64,000 nt of DNA from Candidatus Bathyarchaeota archaeon (GTDB taxonomy: Archaea > Thermoproteota > Bathyarchaeia > Bathyarchaeales > Bathycorpusculaceae), in the NCBI GenBank assembly GCA_963780185.1, contig CAWABA010000006.1:416001-480000 (forward strand), in the 5' to 3' direction. Positions 48,540-60,156 of this stretch are shown here, one piece after another (within the stretch, counting starts at the first letter, position 1; every line of letters starts with the position of its first letter). Under the pieces are notes generated by a model, which saw only the letters and a program-made list of their open reading frames with translations, was not told the DNA's origin and made no database searches. A program made the position numbers and the translations under genes.

Positions 48540-50730
48540 ATGACCGAAAATACAACTGAAAAAGACCCGCTAAAGCTGCCTCTACGAATCGGCAGAATCT
48601 TTGAGCTTGCTAACAACCTTTGGTGGAGTTGGCATGAGGAGGGGCGGCAGGTTTTCCGTTCTCTTGACTATGCGCTTTGGAGAACCAGCGGACACAACCC
48701 CGTGAAGCAGCTGCGCAGCATGACCAGCGAAACGTTGGAGGCGGCAAGCAGGGACCCAGCTTTTCTTGAGCTGTACGACACGGTTATGGTGAAGTTCGAT
48801 GAGGAAATGACTAAAGGCCACGAGTGGTGCGGCGAAGTGAAGATGGATAAGCCGAGGGGGCAAATTGCCTATTTCTCCGCTGAGTACGCGATTCATTATT
48901 CTTTGCCTATTTACGCGGGGGGCTTAGGGGTGTTGGCAGGCGACATATGCAAGGAGTCTTCTGACCGTGGTTTGCCGCTGGTTGCCGTCGGATACATGTA
49001 TCCGCAAGGCTACTTCCGCCAACGCATGTCTCCCCAAGGCGACCAACAGGAAGAGTACAGCCAACTAAACTTCGAAGAAGCACCAATTACCCCCTGCGCT
49101 TGGCCAGACAGATGCGGTCCACTTATTCCAGTTCAACTTGCCGACCGCCTCGTATACCTTAAGGTTTGGCAGGTGCATGTTGGCCGAGTGAACCTGTACT
49201 TGATGGATACGAACGTGGAGGAAAACAACCCTGAGGACAGAATGCTTTCGGCGCGTCTGTACACTTCTGACCAAGAGGAACGTTTGCGGCAACTAATCGT
49301 TTTAGGCGTCGGCGGAGTCCGCACCCTCAGGGAACTTCATGTTGAACCCGTTGTATGGCACGCTAACGAAGACCACACCGCCTTCATGATGCTTGAGCGA
49401 CTCCGACTAGAACGAGCCAAAGGCGCCTCCATAGAGGACGCCATTGAGAAAGTGCGAAAAAGCACGGTTTTCACCACTCACACGCCCGTCGCCGCTGGAC
49501 ACCACGTCTTTTCTTTCCAGCTGATGGACAAATACGCCCGCAGCCTTTGGGAACCCCTCGGAATCAACCGAGACATTTTCCTAAGGCTGGGACACTCCGA
49601 CATGTCAGGCGCAGAAAACTTCAACCTTACCGCTTTCGCGTTCCGTTTAGCGGGCCAAGCCAACGCGGTTTCCAAGCTGCATGGCAAAGTAACCCGGCGC
49701 ATGTGGCAGGAGCTTTGGCCTGACAAAAAAGAAGATGACATCCCAATCAAAGCCGTAACCAACGGGGTGCATCTTCCCACGTGGCAATCACCAGAAATCG
49801 CTGAGCTATGCCAAAAATACATTGATTTTCAGTGGCTTCAAGACCAAGACAACAAGGAGTACTGGACTTGCCTCAACGACGTGCCTGACGAGGAATTGTG
49901 GCAGAGCCGCCAGAACCTTAAGAGGCGTCTTATAACGGCGATTCAGGACAGGGCGCAGCAACGTTGGACACAAGGACCAAGTGACGACGCAGCAGGTAAT
50001 CGCCATGGGTTCCCTGCTTGACCCCTACGCCTTAACCATTGCGTTTGTGCGCCGATTCACCCAGTACAAGCGACCCTACCTGATTCTGTCAAATGCAGAG
50101 CGGCTTAAACGCATAATAACTAATCCAGAGATGCCTGTGCAGCTGATTTTTGCAGGAAAATCTCACCCGGCTGATTTCCAATCAAAACAGCTTCTTAAAC
50201 AGGTGTACAGTGCGGCGTTGGACAGGGGATTTCAGGGGCGAATCGCTTTCGTGGAAGACTACGACCTTAACGTTGCCCGTGAATTGGTCCGCGGCGTTGA
50301 CATTTGGCTTAACAACCCGAGAAGGCTGCAGGAAGCATGCGGAACCAGCGGGATGAAGGCTTCGATGAACGGGGTTCTTAACTTCAGCGTTCGCGATGGC
50401 TGGTGGGATGAAGCCTACAACGGCAAGAACGGGTGGGCAATAGGCGACGTTCAGCCCGATATGCCTGAGGAAGAGGACAGAAAAGACGCTGAATCGCTCT
50501 ATAACCAACTGGAAAACGAGATTGTGCCGCTTTACTATGAACGCGACCGCAAAGGTATCCCGCGTAGATGGATGCAGATGGTTAAAGAAGCCATCAGAAC
50601 CGTGACGCCTGCCTTCAACGCCTGCCGAATGATGGAAGAATATAATTCGCAGATGTACTTGCCTGCCGCCGGACAGCAAGCAACAAACATCAATCCGGCT
50701 GAGGTGGCCAATGTTGGAGAAACAAAATAA
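48540..50730 (+). CDS. glgP: Alpha-glucan (glycogen) phosphorylase, frameshift near 49978
   Basis: NLWWSW, AYFSAEY, YAGGLGVLAGD, FTTHTPV.AGH, TNGVH; then RRF..YKR, FAGKSHP, EACGTSGMKA, DGWW.E. Confidence 0.93.
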
Positions 50731-51906
50731 TTTAGCCCAATTGTACTTTGACTTTGCCGACGCGTTGATGGTTGCAATCAGCAAAGACGAGTTAATCACC
50801 GACATAAACGGCAAAGCATCTGAAATCCTGGGTTACTCCAGAGAGAAAGTTAAGGGCAAAAACTGGTTCGACACGTTTGTTCCCCAAGAGGAGAGGGAAG
50901 CGGCTAGACGCGTTTTCCACGACATGCTGAAAGGCTCCCTGCGCCACGTTCACAGCAAACACCCAATTGTCACCCGCGGCGGAAAGCAGCGGACGTTTGA
51001 TTTTCACAACGTTCTTGTCAGCGACAAAGAAGGCAACACGGTTGGGGTGCTCGCGTCAGGAAGCGACGTGGGCGAAGGCTCAGTTACCAAAGAGGTTGAG
51101 AATCGACTTCAAGCCGCCTTGGACTTCATGATTGAAGGATGCCAAATCATCGATTTCGACTGGCGCTACCTGTACGTCAACGAGGCAGCGGCTCGGCAGG
51201 GACGAAAGAAAAAGAAGGAGCTGCTCGGTTACACGATGATGCAGGTTTACCCCAGACATCGACAGAACACAAATGTTTAGCAATCTCAGGGGCTGCATGG
51301 CAAACCGTGTTCCCCTCCAGATGGACAACGAGTTCACTTTCGCAGATGGCTCCAAAGCATGGTTTGAGCTTCACATGGAACCCGTACCCGAAGGAATCCT
51401 GATTTTATCCATAGACATCACCAAAAACAAGTTGATTGAGGCGGAACTTAACGCTTACAGAAGCAGGCTTGAGCAGGTGGTGGCGCAGCGGACATCGGAG
51501 TGCGCGCAGACAAACGAAGAGTTGACAAGAAAAACTCAGGAAGCGCGGAAAACAGAGGAAGCCTTGAAGTTGAGCGTAACAATTCTGGACAACGCCAAAG
51601 AAACGATTCTTTCTAGCCAGCACAAAAGGCGACTTCGTCTACGCTAACAACGCAGCCCTTGAAGCATATGGGTACAGCCTCGATGAATTCCTGAACATGA
51701 ACATTCGCGTATTAATGCCGCCTAAAGATGCGTCTTCGCTTGACGGGCTTCTAAGGAATATTATGGAGAAGAAAGAGGCAAGCCTCGAAATGGTTCACTT
51801 ACGGAAAGGCGGCAAAGAGATGCGTGTGAAGGTTTACGCGAATTTGGTGAAAACTGTGCATGGGCAATTCATCGTTTTCGTAATCCGAAGACTCTTCCGC
51901 CGATAA
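50711..51906 (+). CDS. Multi-PAS-domain protein without output domain (three fragments, two frameshifts)
   Basis: PAS motifs in 50711-51280, 51273-51647 and ~51620-51906 join across shifts at ~51255 and ~51615. Confidence 0.7.
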
Positions 51907-52093
51907 AAAGCAACAAAAGAAAAATGCGCCAAGGTTTTTTGTGCCGCGAAAACTTCACGCGGCGAAAACAAGCCCCAAAGCAGCTGAACGCGGTTAGGAG
52001 GGGTGTTCTTTTCGGAGAACGGTTTGTTCTTTAGGGAGAGTAATATTTCACCGTACCCCTTTAAGCATACATGACAACTGGGATGCGGAGAAA

Positions 52094-53941
52094 ATGAAGA
52101 GAGAAATCATCAAAACCTTGGCGTTAATCACAATTTTATTAGCCGTCGCAGGGATAGCCAGCATTCAAATGGGCAAAGCCGAGAAAACTTTGACTGTTCC
52201 TGACCAATACCCAACTATAGGTGCAGCCGTCAAAGCAGCCTCCGCAGGCGACACCATCCTCGTCGAAAGCGGAGTTTACCGTGAAAACGTCCAAATCGAC
52301 AAGTCTTTAACGCTTGAGGGGCAAAGCAGCACCAACACGACCATAATCGGGAGCGGCGGCTCGGCTCCGACTGCGGTGCTGGTTTTAGCGGCGAATAACG
52401 TGAAAGTCTCAGGCTTCACCGTTGAAAGCCTCAACTACACAAAAACCACCAGCTACGCCTACGGCATCTGGGTTGACGCAAACAACTGCACCATAGAAGG
52501 CAACATCATCGAACACACGTACACAGGCATCTTCTGCTCCACCCAAGCCCACACAACCATCACAGACAACACCGTGAAGGCAAGCCTCAAAAACGGCATC
52601 TGCTTCTACGGCGGCAGCCAAAACACTGTTTCCGACAACACCGTTATTGGAAACGCGGTTTCAGGCGTCGAAATGGCCGGTTACTCAAACACAATTTCAA
52701 ACAACGACATTGAAGGCAACGGTCGAGGCGTCGGTTTAGGCTCGTCTTACTCAGTGCTTTTCGGCAACAACATTCAAGGCAACACTGAATCAGGCGTCTT
52801 TCTTGCTGGGCTCCAAAAACATCATTTCAGAAAACAACATTTCAAACAGCAAGTACGGGGTTTTCGTCACGTTGCAGCTGACTGCCCCGCTTGGAAACAA
52901 AATATTACCACAACAACTTCGAAAACAACTTACACAACGCTTTTGACAACTCTTCAGCCATGATTGAAGCTTGGGACAACGGAGCCAAGTCTGGCGGAAA
53001 CTACTGGAGCGACTACCTCACAAAGTACCCTAACGCTGCGCAGGCAGGTTCATCAGGATTCGGGAACACGGCATACGTGATTAACGCTAACAACAAAGAT
53101 AATTTTCCGTTGATGTCCCCCTTCAGCTTGCAGAACCTTGGCAACCCGCCCGAGGCAATCGCCGCGCCGCACGGCAAAGCCCAACAGCGTCGTTGCCTCC
53201 TGGTCCTTTGACACAGTGGAGCCAAGCCTTGTGTCGCCTGATTCAACAGGAAACAACCCCGCCATCTTAGGGTCAGAAACACCCGTTTACAATAACACGC
53301 CTTCGCTGGTTCAAGGCAAATTAGGTATGGCGTTGAACTTCACTGGGAACGTCTTTGCAACCGTGGTTCCTTCGGAAAGCCTTCTTACCCCAAACGAAGT
53401 AACCGTGGACGCATGGGTTAACGTTCAAGCAATAAAAGCAGGCGTAGCATACAACAACATCTACATCGAAGCCGTCCGAACCACCGCAGCCTTACCGACC
53501 AGAATCCTGGGGCTCGCCGTTAACGGTCAAACGCCGCAAAACTCAAGTAGTCCTCAAGTTGGCGCGCTCCGCGGCTACGTCGTTACACCCAGCGGCTTAA
53601 ACGAGATTGACACCGTGGCGGTGCTTCCGAACGATACATGGGTCCATGTGGTTTTCACCCGCAGCGCAACCTCTGGAATGCACATATACATCAACGGCAA
53701 AGAACAAGCCGTAACAGTCGCCTCTGGAACGGCAAACCCGACGGGACCAGTACCGAACCCAACCGACATCTACATCGGGCACGACTCAAAAACCGAAATT
53801 GAAAACCTGCAAATCAGCAACACCGCAACCCAGCAAACCGAGCCTCTGTGGATGCAATGGTGGCTTTGGGCAATCGTCATCGCTGCAGCTTTGGCAAGCG
53901 GCTTGATAATCTACAGCAAAAGCTTCAAGAAAAACAGCTAA
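52094..53941 (+). CDS. Secreted NosD/CASH beta-helix plus LamG-like surface protein with C-terminal TM (two frameshifts)
   Basis: VPDQYPTI..AV..A..GDTI.V..GVY.E, N-rich beta-helix, GNYWSDY...D.FPL, then WSFD..G.AL.F.G..W.HV..YING and TM. Confidence 0.8.
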
Positions 53942-53988
53942 CGCGACAGATCAATGCCCAATCGCTTTTACGCAAAAATGAAGGGAAA

Positions 53989-55263
53989 CTATGAAGATAA
54001 TTTGCCGATTGATACTTGCACGGTTTGCGTTTGTCCGTCTCGCACAACCGAGAAGTTGACGGTTTGTCCTGGCAGCGTGTTTCGTTCGAGGTAGGAGAGG
54101 AGGGAGTCTGTGTTAGTTATTGGGGTTCCGTTGATGCCGACTATGATGTCGCCGCCGACGAGGTAGTTTTGACCCAGAATCGTTACTTGACTTGTGCCGC
54201 CTTTAAGGCCGTTCTGTGTTGAAACGCTTTCAACAAGATAACCGTATGTTACGTCGGTGTGCATTGCTTGGGCAAGCTGATAGGTCATGTCTGTTCCCTC
54301 TGTGTCGATGGAGGGGTGATTACTGTATGTGCCTGTTGATACGATAGAGCTGAGTTCCCGCATGATGGTGGCGGATGGAATTGCGAAGCCTAACCCATTT
54401 GAGCTGCTGACAGCCGCCGTGGTTATGCCGACGACTTCGCCGGCGTAATCAAGAAGTGGACCACCCGAGTTGCCTGGGTTAATGGCGGTGCTTGTTTGGA
54501 TGGTGTCTGAGATTGTTGGACCCGCGCTGCCGTCATTTTCAGTTTCTTGGAGGGTTCTTTCCAACGAGCTGATGACGCCCGTGGTTAAGGTGCCCTGTAA
54601 CCCGTAGGGTGAGCCGACTGCGACGACTGGTTGACCAACCTGCAAGCCGTTAGAGCTCACAAGGGTTAGAGGGGTTAAGCCGCTTGGCATCGGGGTGATG
54701 GTGAGAACTGCAATGTCTGCTTGGGCGTCGGAGCCTATCTCTGTGCTAGAATAAGCTGCTCCGTTGGCGAAGGTTATTGTTATGTTGATAGCGCCGTTGA
54801 CGACATGGTTGTTGGTGACTATGACGAGTTGGTTGTTGACTGCGGTTACGAAGCCTGAGCCTTGCTGCTCGGAGTAGGTCTCACCAAAGAAGCTTTGGCT
54901 TAGTACAATGTCTTGTATGACTACAACGGATGACTTAACCTGAGCGTAAAGCGTGGACAGCGAAGAGTTGGTGCCAGTAATGAAGGTGGCGTTCGGGTAA
55001 GTGTTGTATGTGTTCCCTGAAGTATTTGACGCCAACTGGTTTTCAATGTTAGTTAGTTTGCTGTTGAAAGAGGAGTAGCTCAATGCATAGCCGACAAAGC
55101 CACCTGCAACCAAACCCACAAGCAGAAGCGCAACAATAACTACCGCGGAAATGCGTTTCTTTTTCGGTTCCCGTGGACTTTCACGGGGCTGTTCAGGAGG
55201 TTGCGGCGCCGGCGGCGCAGTAGGAGGAATCTGGGGAATTTGAGGGATTGACGGGGTTTCCAT
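53989..55263 (-). CDS. HtrA/DegP-like S1C serine protease with PDZ domain, membrane anchored
   Basis: GSGF, TNNHVV, DIAVL, INPGNSGGPL, GDII..ING. Confidence 0.95.
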   Translation of the reverse strand: METPSIPQIPQIPPTAPPAPQPPEQPRESPREPKKKRISAVVIVALLLVGLVAGGFVGYALSYSSFNSKLTNIENQLASNTSGNTYNTYPNATFITGTNSSLSTLYAQVKSSVVVIQDIVLSQSFFGETYSEQQGSGFVTAVNNQLVIVTNNHVVNGAINITITFANGAAYSSTEIGSDAQADIAVLTITPMPSGLTPLTLVSSNGLQVGQPVVAVGSPYGLQGTLTTGVISSLERTLQETENDGSAGPTISDTIQTSTAINPGNSGGPLLDYAGEVVGITTAAVSSSNGLGFAIPSATIMRELSSIVSTGTYSNHPSIDTEGTDMTYQLAQAMHTDVTYGYLVESVSTQNGLKGGTSQVTILGQNYLVGGDIIVGINGTPITNTDSLLSYLERNTLPGQTVNFSVVRDGQTQTVQVSIGKLSS

Positions 55264-55321
55264 AAAGAGACCTTCTTATCAGCTTAAAAATAAAGGGTTT
55301 TGCTAGGCGGGGTATTTTGGA

Positions 55322-56125
55322 TCAGAATGCTTCGTCACTTGAGTAGATTGGTTTTTGGCAGCTGGGACATTTGTCGTCGCTTAGCTTAATTGCCGCTCCG
55401 CAGGCTGGGCATACAAGTTTCTTTTTCATTGCGTGCATGCCTTGTTTTTCCTTGATTATTTTACCGTCTTTTAGAAGCAGCAATCGTTCCGTATGGTGGG
55501 CGGCCTCACCGTCATGGGTAACCATGATTATGGTTGTGCCTTGCGTCACGTTGAGGTTTGCGAGCAGCTTGATGATTCCCTGTTTGTTTTGGCTATCCAA
55601 GTTTCCTGTAGGCTCGTCAGCTAAGATTATAGCGGGGTCGTTGGCTAAGGCACGGGCGATGGCTACTCGTTGCTGTTCGCCTGCGCTGAGCTTTTGTGGT
55701 CGGTGTTCTTCCCTTCCTGAAAGACCAACCGTAGCCAAGAGTTCGCTTGCTCTTTTCCTTCGATCAGCCTTAGACGTGATTTTGCCTTCCATCGGTAACT
55801 CCACGTTTTCCCTTGCGTTTAGATACGGTAGCAGGTTGAAAGTTTGAAACACGAAACCCATTTTGTCCCGTCTTATCTTGTAAAGATCGTTTTCTGGCAT
55901 GTCGGTTACGTCTACGCCGTCCAGGATAATCCTGCCGCTAGTCGGTTTGTCTATGCAGCCTATGACGTTTAGCAGTGTTGTTTTGCCTGAGCCTGATGGA
56001 CCCATGATTGCGACGAATTCTCCAGCAGTCACCGTTAGATTCAGGTTGGACAAAGCTGGCACGGTACGTTTGCCCAGCGTGTAGGTTTTGCCGAGTTTTT
56101 CTAGTTGAAGTACTGGTTTACTCAT
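55322..56125 (-). CDS. ABC transporter ATP-binding protein (LolD/MacB-like) with C-terminal zinc ribbon
   Basis: GPSGSGKT, LSAGEQQRVAIARAL, ADEPTGNLD; CPAC...CPSC tail. Confidence 0.93.
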   Translation of the reverse strand: MSKPVLQLEKLGKTYTLGKRTVPALSNLNLTVTAGEFVAIMGPSGSGKTTLLNVIGCIDKPTSGRIILDGVDVTDMPENDLYKIRRDKMGFVFQTFNLLPYLNARENVELPMEGKITSKADRRKRASELLATVGLSGREEHRPQKLSAGEQQRVAIARALANDPAIILADEPTGNLDSQNKQGIIKLLANLNVTQGTTIIMVTHDGEAAHHTERLLLLKDGKIIKEKQGMHAMKKKLVCPACGAAIKLSDDKCPSCQKPIYSSDEAF

Positions 56126-57560
56126 ATTTCATTGCCTCTGCAGGTTTTATCTTTGATGCTCTCCAAGCTGGATACAGACTGCCTAATGTGCCAAGGAGTA
56201 GAGCTACACCTAAGCCCATGAGTATAAGCTCAGGACTAACTGAAACGGAAGTTGCCGCTCCAGCTAAAGTTGATCCTCCGAAACCGGCGGCTCTGCCAAC
56301 GGTTGGAAGCAGATATGACGCAAGTTTTGGAGCAGCAACGACGCCTATTCCTATGCCGACTACTCCGGCAATCGCGCTTAAAAGCACGCCTTCAAGCATG
56401 AATTGCCCCATGACCGTGGAGTTGCTAAAGCCTATGGCTTTGAGCGTCCCGATTTCTTTCGTCCTTTCCCTTACAGTGTATAGCATGACGAAAAGTACTA
56501 TCAGGCTTGTCGCGGCAATCACCACTATGATTTCGTCGATCGCTGTAGAGTTTGTTGTTGCGAGAGAACTTTGGGCGTTAGTTACTGCTGAATTGCTGCC
56601 AGATGAATTGGATTCCAACGTACTTAGCTCTGCTTGGTTTGTTGACACTTGAAGCTCGGAATGAAGCGCGCTGATGGCACTTGACACGTTACTTACATCG
56701 CTTGTGCTCGCCGTGAAGACTTTGATACTGGTTATGTACCCTGTGTTGTTTGTTAATGTCTGCGCGTCGGAGAGGCTCATGTACAGCATTTCTGTGTCCT
56801 CAACTCCTGAGGGTTTGTAAATGCCCACTACATGGAAGCTAGTTCCCAGAATGGTTACCGTGCTGCCTACGCTTACTCCGAAGTATGCTGAGTTGTTCTC
56901 GCTTAGCAAGACGTCGCCTGTATCGCCTGCCTGCAGAGTCGTCCCGGAAACTATGTCAGTGGGTAATATCGGGTAGTTGTCAATGAGGTTTGAAGTTAAT
57001 GGCACACCTTCAATAATGTACTGGGTGTCCAAGGTAGTGAATGAATGGCCATTGAAGGAAACTGTTCGGTTTGTTCCTTCAGAAACTTGCAGTATTTGTT
57101 CCACAGCTGCAACTCCCGAGATTGAAGTGTTAATATCACTGTACAAGGTCTCGTTCATGGGATTCGCCTGACCTCCGCCAAATGCGCCACCCCCAAATTG
57201 ACCCGATACTGTACCGCCGCCGAAACCTCCGAAACCTCCGAGGCCACCGAATCCGCTAGATCCACTGGGTGGTGAACCACCGCCAGTAGATCCAGTGGTT
57301 GTGCCTGTGAATCCGTAGCCTCCGAAACCTGAGGCTAGGCTGCAGGTTATTTGATTTAGTGTTTGGTTGAGCGCTTGCTCTTGTTGTGTGATAGCACTGC
57401 CTAGATTATTGGTTATGTTGCTTTCCGCATGCTGGTTGGCTAAAACGCCTGCTGGAATCGAAATCAGAATTGCTAAGGAAAATCCTAATGCAATAATCAC
57501 TAGTAACGCACGTGTTTTCCGTCGAGATATATTTCTCACGGCTCTATTTAATATTCCCAA
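56118..57560 (-). CDS. ABC transporter permease, MacB/FtsX family
   Basis: RNI.RRK.R, large extracellular loop, VRERTKEIGTLKAIG, YPAWRAS...P.EA. Confidence 0.92.
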   Translation of the reverse strand: MGILNRAVRNISRRKTRALLVIIALGFSLAILISIPAGVLANQHAESNITNNLGSAITQQEQALNQTLNQITCSLASGFGGYGFTGTTTGSTGGGSPPSGSSGFGGLGGFGGFGGGTVSGQFGGGAFGGGQANPMNETLYSDINTSISGVAAVEQILQVSEGTNRTVSFNGHSFTTLDTQYIIEGVPLTSNLIDNYPILPTDIVSGTTLQAGDTGDVLLSENNSAYFGVSVGSTVTILGTSFHVVGIYKPSGVEDTEMLYMSLSDAQTLTNNTGYITSIKVFTASTSDVSNVSSAISALHSELQVSTNQAELSTLESNSSGSNSAVTNAQSSLATTNSTAIDEIIVVIAATSLIVLFVMLYTVRERTKEIGTLKAIGFSNSTVMGQFMLEGVLLSAIAGVVGIGIGVVAAPKLASYLLPTVGRAAGFGGSTLAGAATSVSVSPELILMGLGVALLLGTLGSLYPAWRASKIKPAEAMKYE

Positions 57561-58466
57561 TCTTTTGCACCTTTAAGTTATATATTTTAAGGCAGTCAGA
57601 GGGAGAACGAAGGGGTATTTTTGGGCAGTTAATTTGGGCTTCTGGCCTTTGTTTTCCATTCTCTTTTCTGACTGCCTTCTCGAGAGTACGGTTTTTGAGT
57701 ATTAAACAATTTTTCAGAATATCACCCAAATCTCACCCAATTCACGTTTTTGATTGAAAACAACTGGAATATTGGATTTGTAGAAAAGTTTTTTGAAGCG
57801 TTTTGTTTTAAGCCGATTAGCAGGTTTAGTCGATGGAGTTATGCAATAGCTCGTTTGAATAATGAGAAACTTAACGGTACAACAATTAATGCAAGAGCAA
57901 TCATTATCATGATAATAACGGTCAGGGCAGCGGCTTCTTTCCTTTGATTTTTATCTATCAGCGTCTTAACATTGAAACCAGCGTAAGCCAAAACACATGC
58001 AAGCAAGAACAAAGACTACAGCAAGATAAAGCCAGCAAAAACGTACGCCTCAAGCATCAGAGCCAGCAGCACAAACAAAAGCCAGGCAACCAACAGATAG
58101 AGAAGCTATTGTTAGCGGTTTTTGCATATTGTTTATTCTGTTTGGTGCAAATATAATTTCCTTGGATAGCCGCTCCATTTCTTTTTTAACCCTTATTGAA
58201 ACGCTCGTTTAAAATTCAGGTCAAATCAAAAGTCTCAACAAGTTTTAGCTCCAAAAAAAGAGCGGAAATTGTTTATTTTAGTTTTCGTTTTCACCTCCTG
58301 CTCCAAGTGGACAGAACAATCGTAAATAATTAAGGGGTTTTTCTAAATTAAACCCAGATTTAGACCCAATTTTAGCCTAATAGCAGAAACGTTCGGCCTA
58401 GAAAGACATGTTTATTACTTGATTCAGATTTAGGTTTCAACAACCTCTTCAGCAGGAAACCCTTCA

Positions 58467-58769
58467 ATGACTGTAAATGCTCGCTCGCTAAAATACTTGT
58501 TAGGATGGCTTATCGCAGGGACGCGAGGCGGTCCTACCCGAGCGAAGATAATTGAGTCCCTGAGGGAAACCCCGCAGAACGCGAATCAACTGGCTATTTC
58601 GTTGCAGATGGATTACAAGACGATGCGGCATCACCTTGATGTTTTAGAGAAAAACAAGATGATCACTTCAGTCGGCGACAGATACGGCGCCACCTACTTT
58701 TTGTCTCAAGTACTAGAAGACAACTACGCCTTGTTTGAGGAGATTATGAAGAAAATCGGGAAAAAGTAG
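58467..58769 (+). CDS. ArsR-family winged-helix regulator
   Basis: WLIAGTRGG.TR..II..L...P.NANQLA..L..DYKT.RHHL.VL. Confidence 0.88.
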   Translation: MTVNARSLKYLLGWLIAGTRGGPTRAKIIESLRETPQNANQLAISLQMDYKTMRHHLDVLEKNKMITSVGDRYGATYFLSQVLEDNYALFEEIMKKIGKK

Positions 58770-58788
58770 AAAAAGGGGAAATAAGAAC

Positions 58789-59235
58789 ATGGAAAAACAA
58801 ATGAATAGAAGATTAAAGCTTGGCTTGATAGTCGTGATTTTGGCGATTGTTGCCGTGATTGCGACGGTTTGGGCGTTATTATTTATTCAACAGAATATTG
58901 CCTTCTTCGAAAGACGAGTCACTACGCCAGGCTTCGTTTCAGGCGACTTCGAGCTTTTCTACTTAGTAAACACTATAATCTCCACAATCAACATCGCCCT
59001 ACTGGTTTTCCTGATATTAATTTACGTTAACATTTACGTCAAAACTCGTTCGCCATTCACTGTGGGGCTGGTAATTTTCGCGTTTGTCTTCCTCGTCAGA
59101 GAATTAATATCAAACCCGTTTGTAACGGCAATATACGGCTTTAGAGCATACGGGCTTGGGCCATTCGTGTTTCTGCCAGGCGTATTTGAATTCGTCGCCT
59201 TAACCGTGCTATTGTACCTAAGTGTAAAGTACTAG
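58789..59235 (+). CDS. Four-TM membrane protein co-transcribed with the ArsR regulator
   Basis: N..LL..L..IY...Y.K.RS.FT.GL..F pattern; 19 nt after the regulator. Confidence 0.75.
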   Translation: MEKQMNRRLKLGLIVVILAIVAVIATVWALLFIQQNIAFFERRVTTPGFVSGDFELFYLVNTIISTINIALLVFLILIYVNIYVKTRSPFTVGLVIFAFVFLVRELISNPFVTAIYGFRAYGLGPFVFLPGVFEFVALTVLLYLSVKY

Positions 59236-59367
59236 GAAAACCGTGCAGCGGAAAAATCCTTGCCCTTTTACAGCTAAGGAAGCATCTTCAGCTGCCACTT
59301 AGGGTCGAATTTGGAAAAAATTATTAATCAGGCGCGCACAGATGATAAAGAAAACGGGAAGATAACC

Positions 59368-60003
59368 ATGAGTCAAGACAGTAGCTCAAATGTTTTACCC
59401 TTGCCGCCTCCGCCGTCAGCGGAAAAAAGAAGCATGAAAGTTGTTGCTTTAGCGGTGGTTTGTATTGTTCTTGCCGCTAGCCTGGTCGGTGTGTTTGCGG
59501 TTTATCAGCCGACTAGTCTGCAAGCGCAAGTAAAAGACAAAAATAACCAAATTGCAGATTTGAATACGCAAGTGGCGAATCTTACAAGCCAGTTGACTTC
59601 AGCGAACGACGACAAAGCAACGCTTCAAAACCAGAATTCGGTACTAACAACTGAGGTGGAAAATCTGACTGGCCAAGTGAATTCGGCTCAAAGCATTTTG
59701 ACAATGCAGTCCTCTGAAGCCCTAGTTAGCTCAACCTCGGTGACTACAGCAAACTACACCGATGTTTTTGACCACACAGTCGCCTACTCGGGATACGTGG
59801 TGGTTCAAGCAACCTCAAACTCAACCACAACCTACGTGCAGACAATCTACACCGTCTCCGGCGTCAACTACAACCAGAACGTAACAGTAGGAAAATCGGG
59901 AACCGCAGCGTTTCCAGTGCTACCGACAACTGTGGAAATAAGAGTTGGAACCACCGACAAGCTTGTAGACGCTGTAACAGTAACGATAACTTACTATTAC
60001 TAG
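59368..60003 (+). CDS. Membrane-anchored coiled-coil exported protein
   Basis: N-terminal TM, heptad Q/N/L region, SGYVVV..AFPVLP..Y.Y end. Confidence 0.7.
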   Translation: MSQDSSSNVLPLPPPPSAEKRSMKVVALAVVCIVLAASLVGVFAVYQPTSLQAQVKDKNNQIADLNTQVANLTSQLTSANDDKATLQNQNSVLTTEVENLTGQVNSAQSILTMQSSEALVSSTSVTTANYTDVFDHTVAYSGYVVVQATSNSTTTYVQTIYTVSGVNYNQNVTVGKSGTAAFPVLPTTVEIRVGTTDKLVDAVTVTITYYY

Positions 60004-60156
60004 CCACTTTTTTGGCTATTATCCGCACCTACTCTTTTTTAGGTCGCCCCAACAAAACATTCTCCAAACGGGTAGATGCAGAAGCAAAAAACACGTTAAT
60101 CTAACCAAGTTTTTTTAACTGACTCACACTAATTAACACGGGGAAACCTGCGGTCG

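Noticed and set aside
49960-50021. Programmed frameshifting in glgP and other split genes
   Set aside because: No slippery heptamer at the glgP junction; scattered single-base indels in many unrelated genes fit sequencing error better
57170-57335. Tandem CC(G/T)CCGAA-like repeats
   Set aside because: They encode the Gly/Phe-rich GGFGG linker of the ABC permease, so they are coding low complexity
57838-58178. Fragmented minus-strand membrane-protein ORF between the ABC permease and ArsR
   Set aside because: Interrupted by stops and shifts with no recognisable family; cannot support a call
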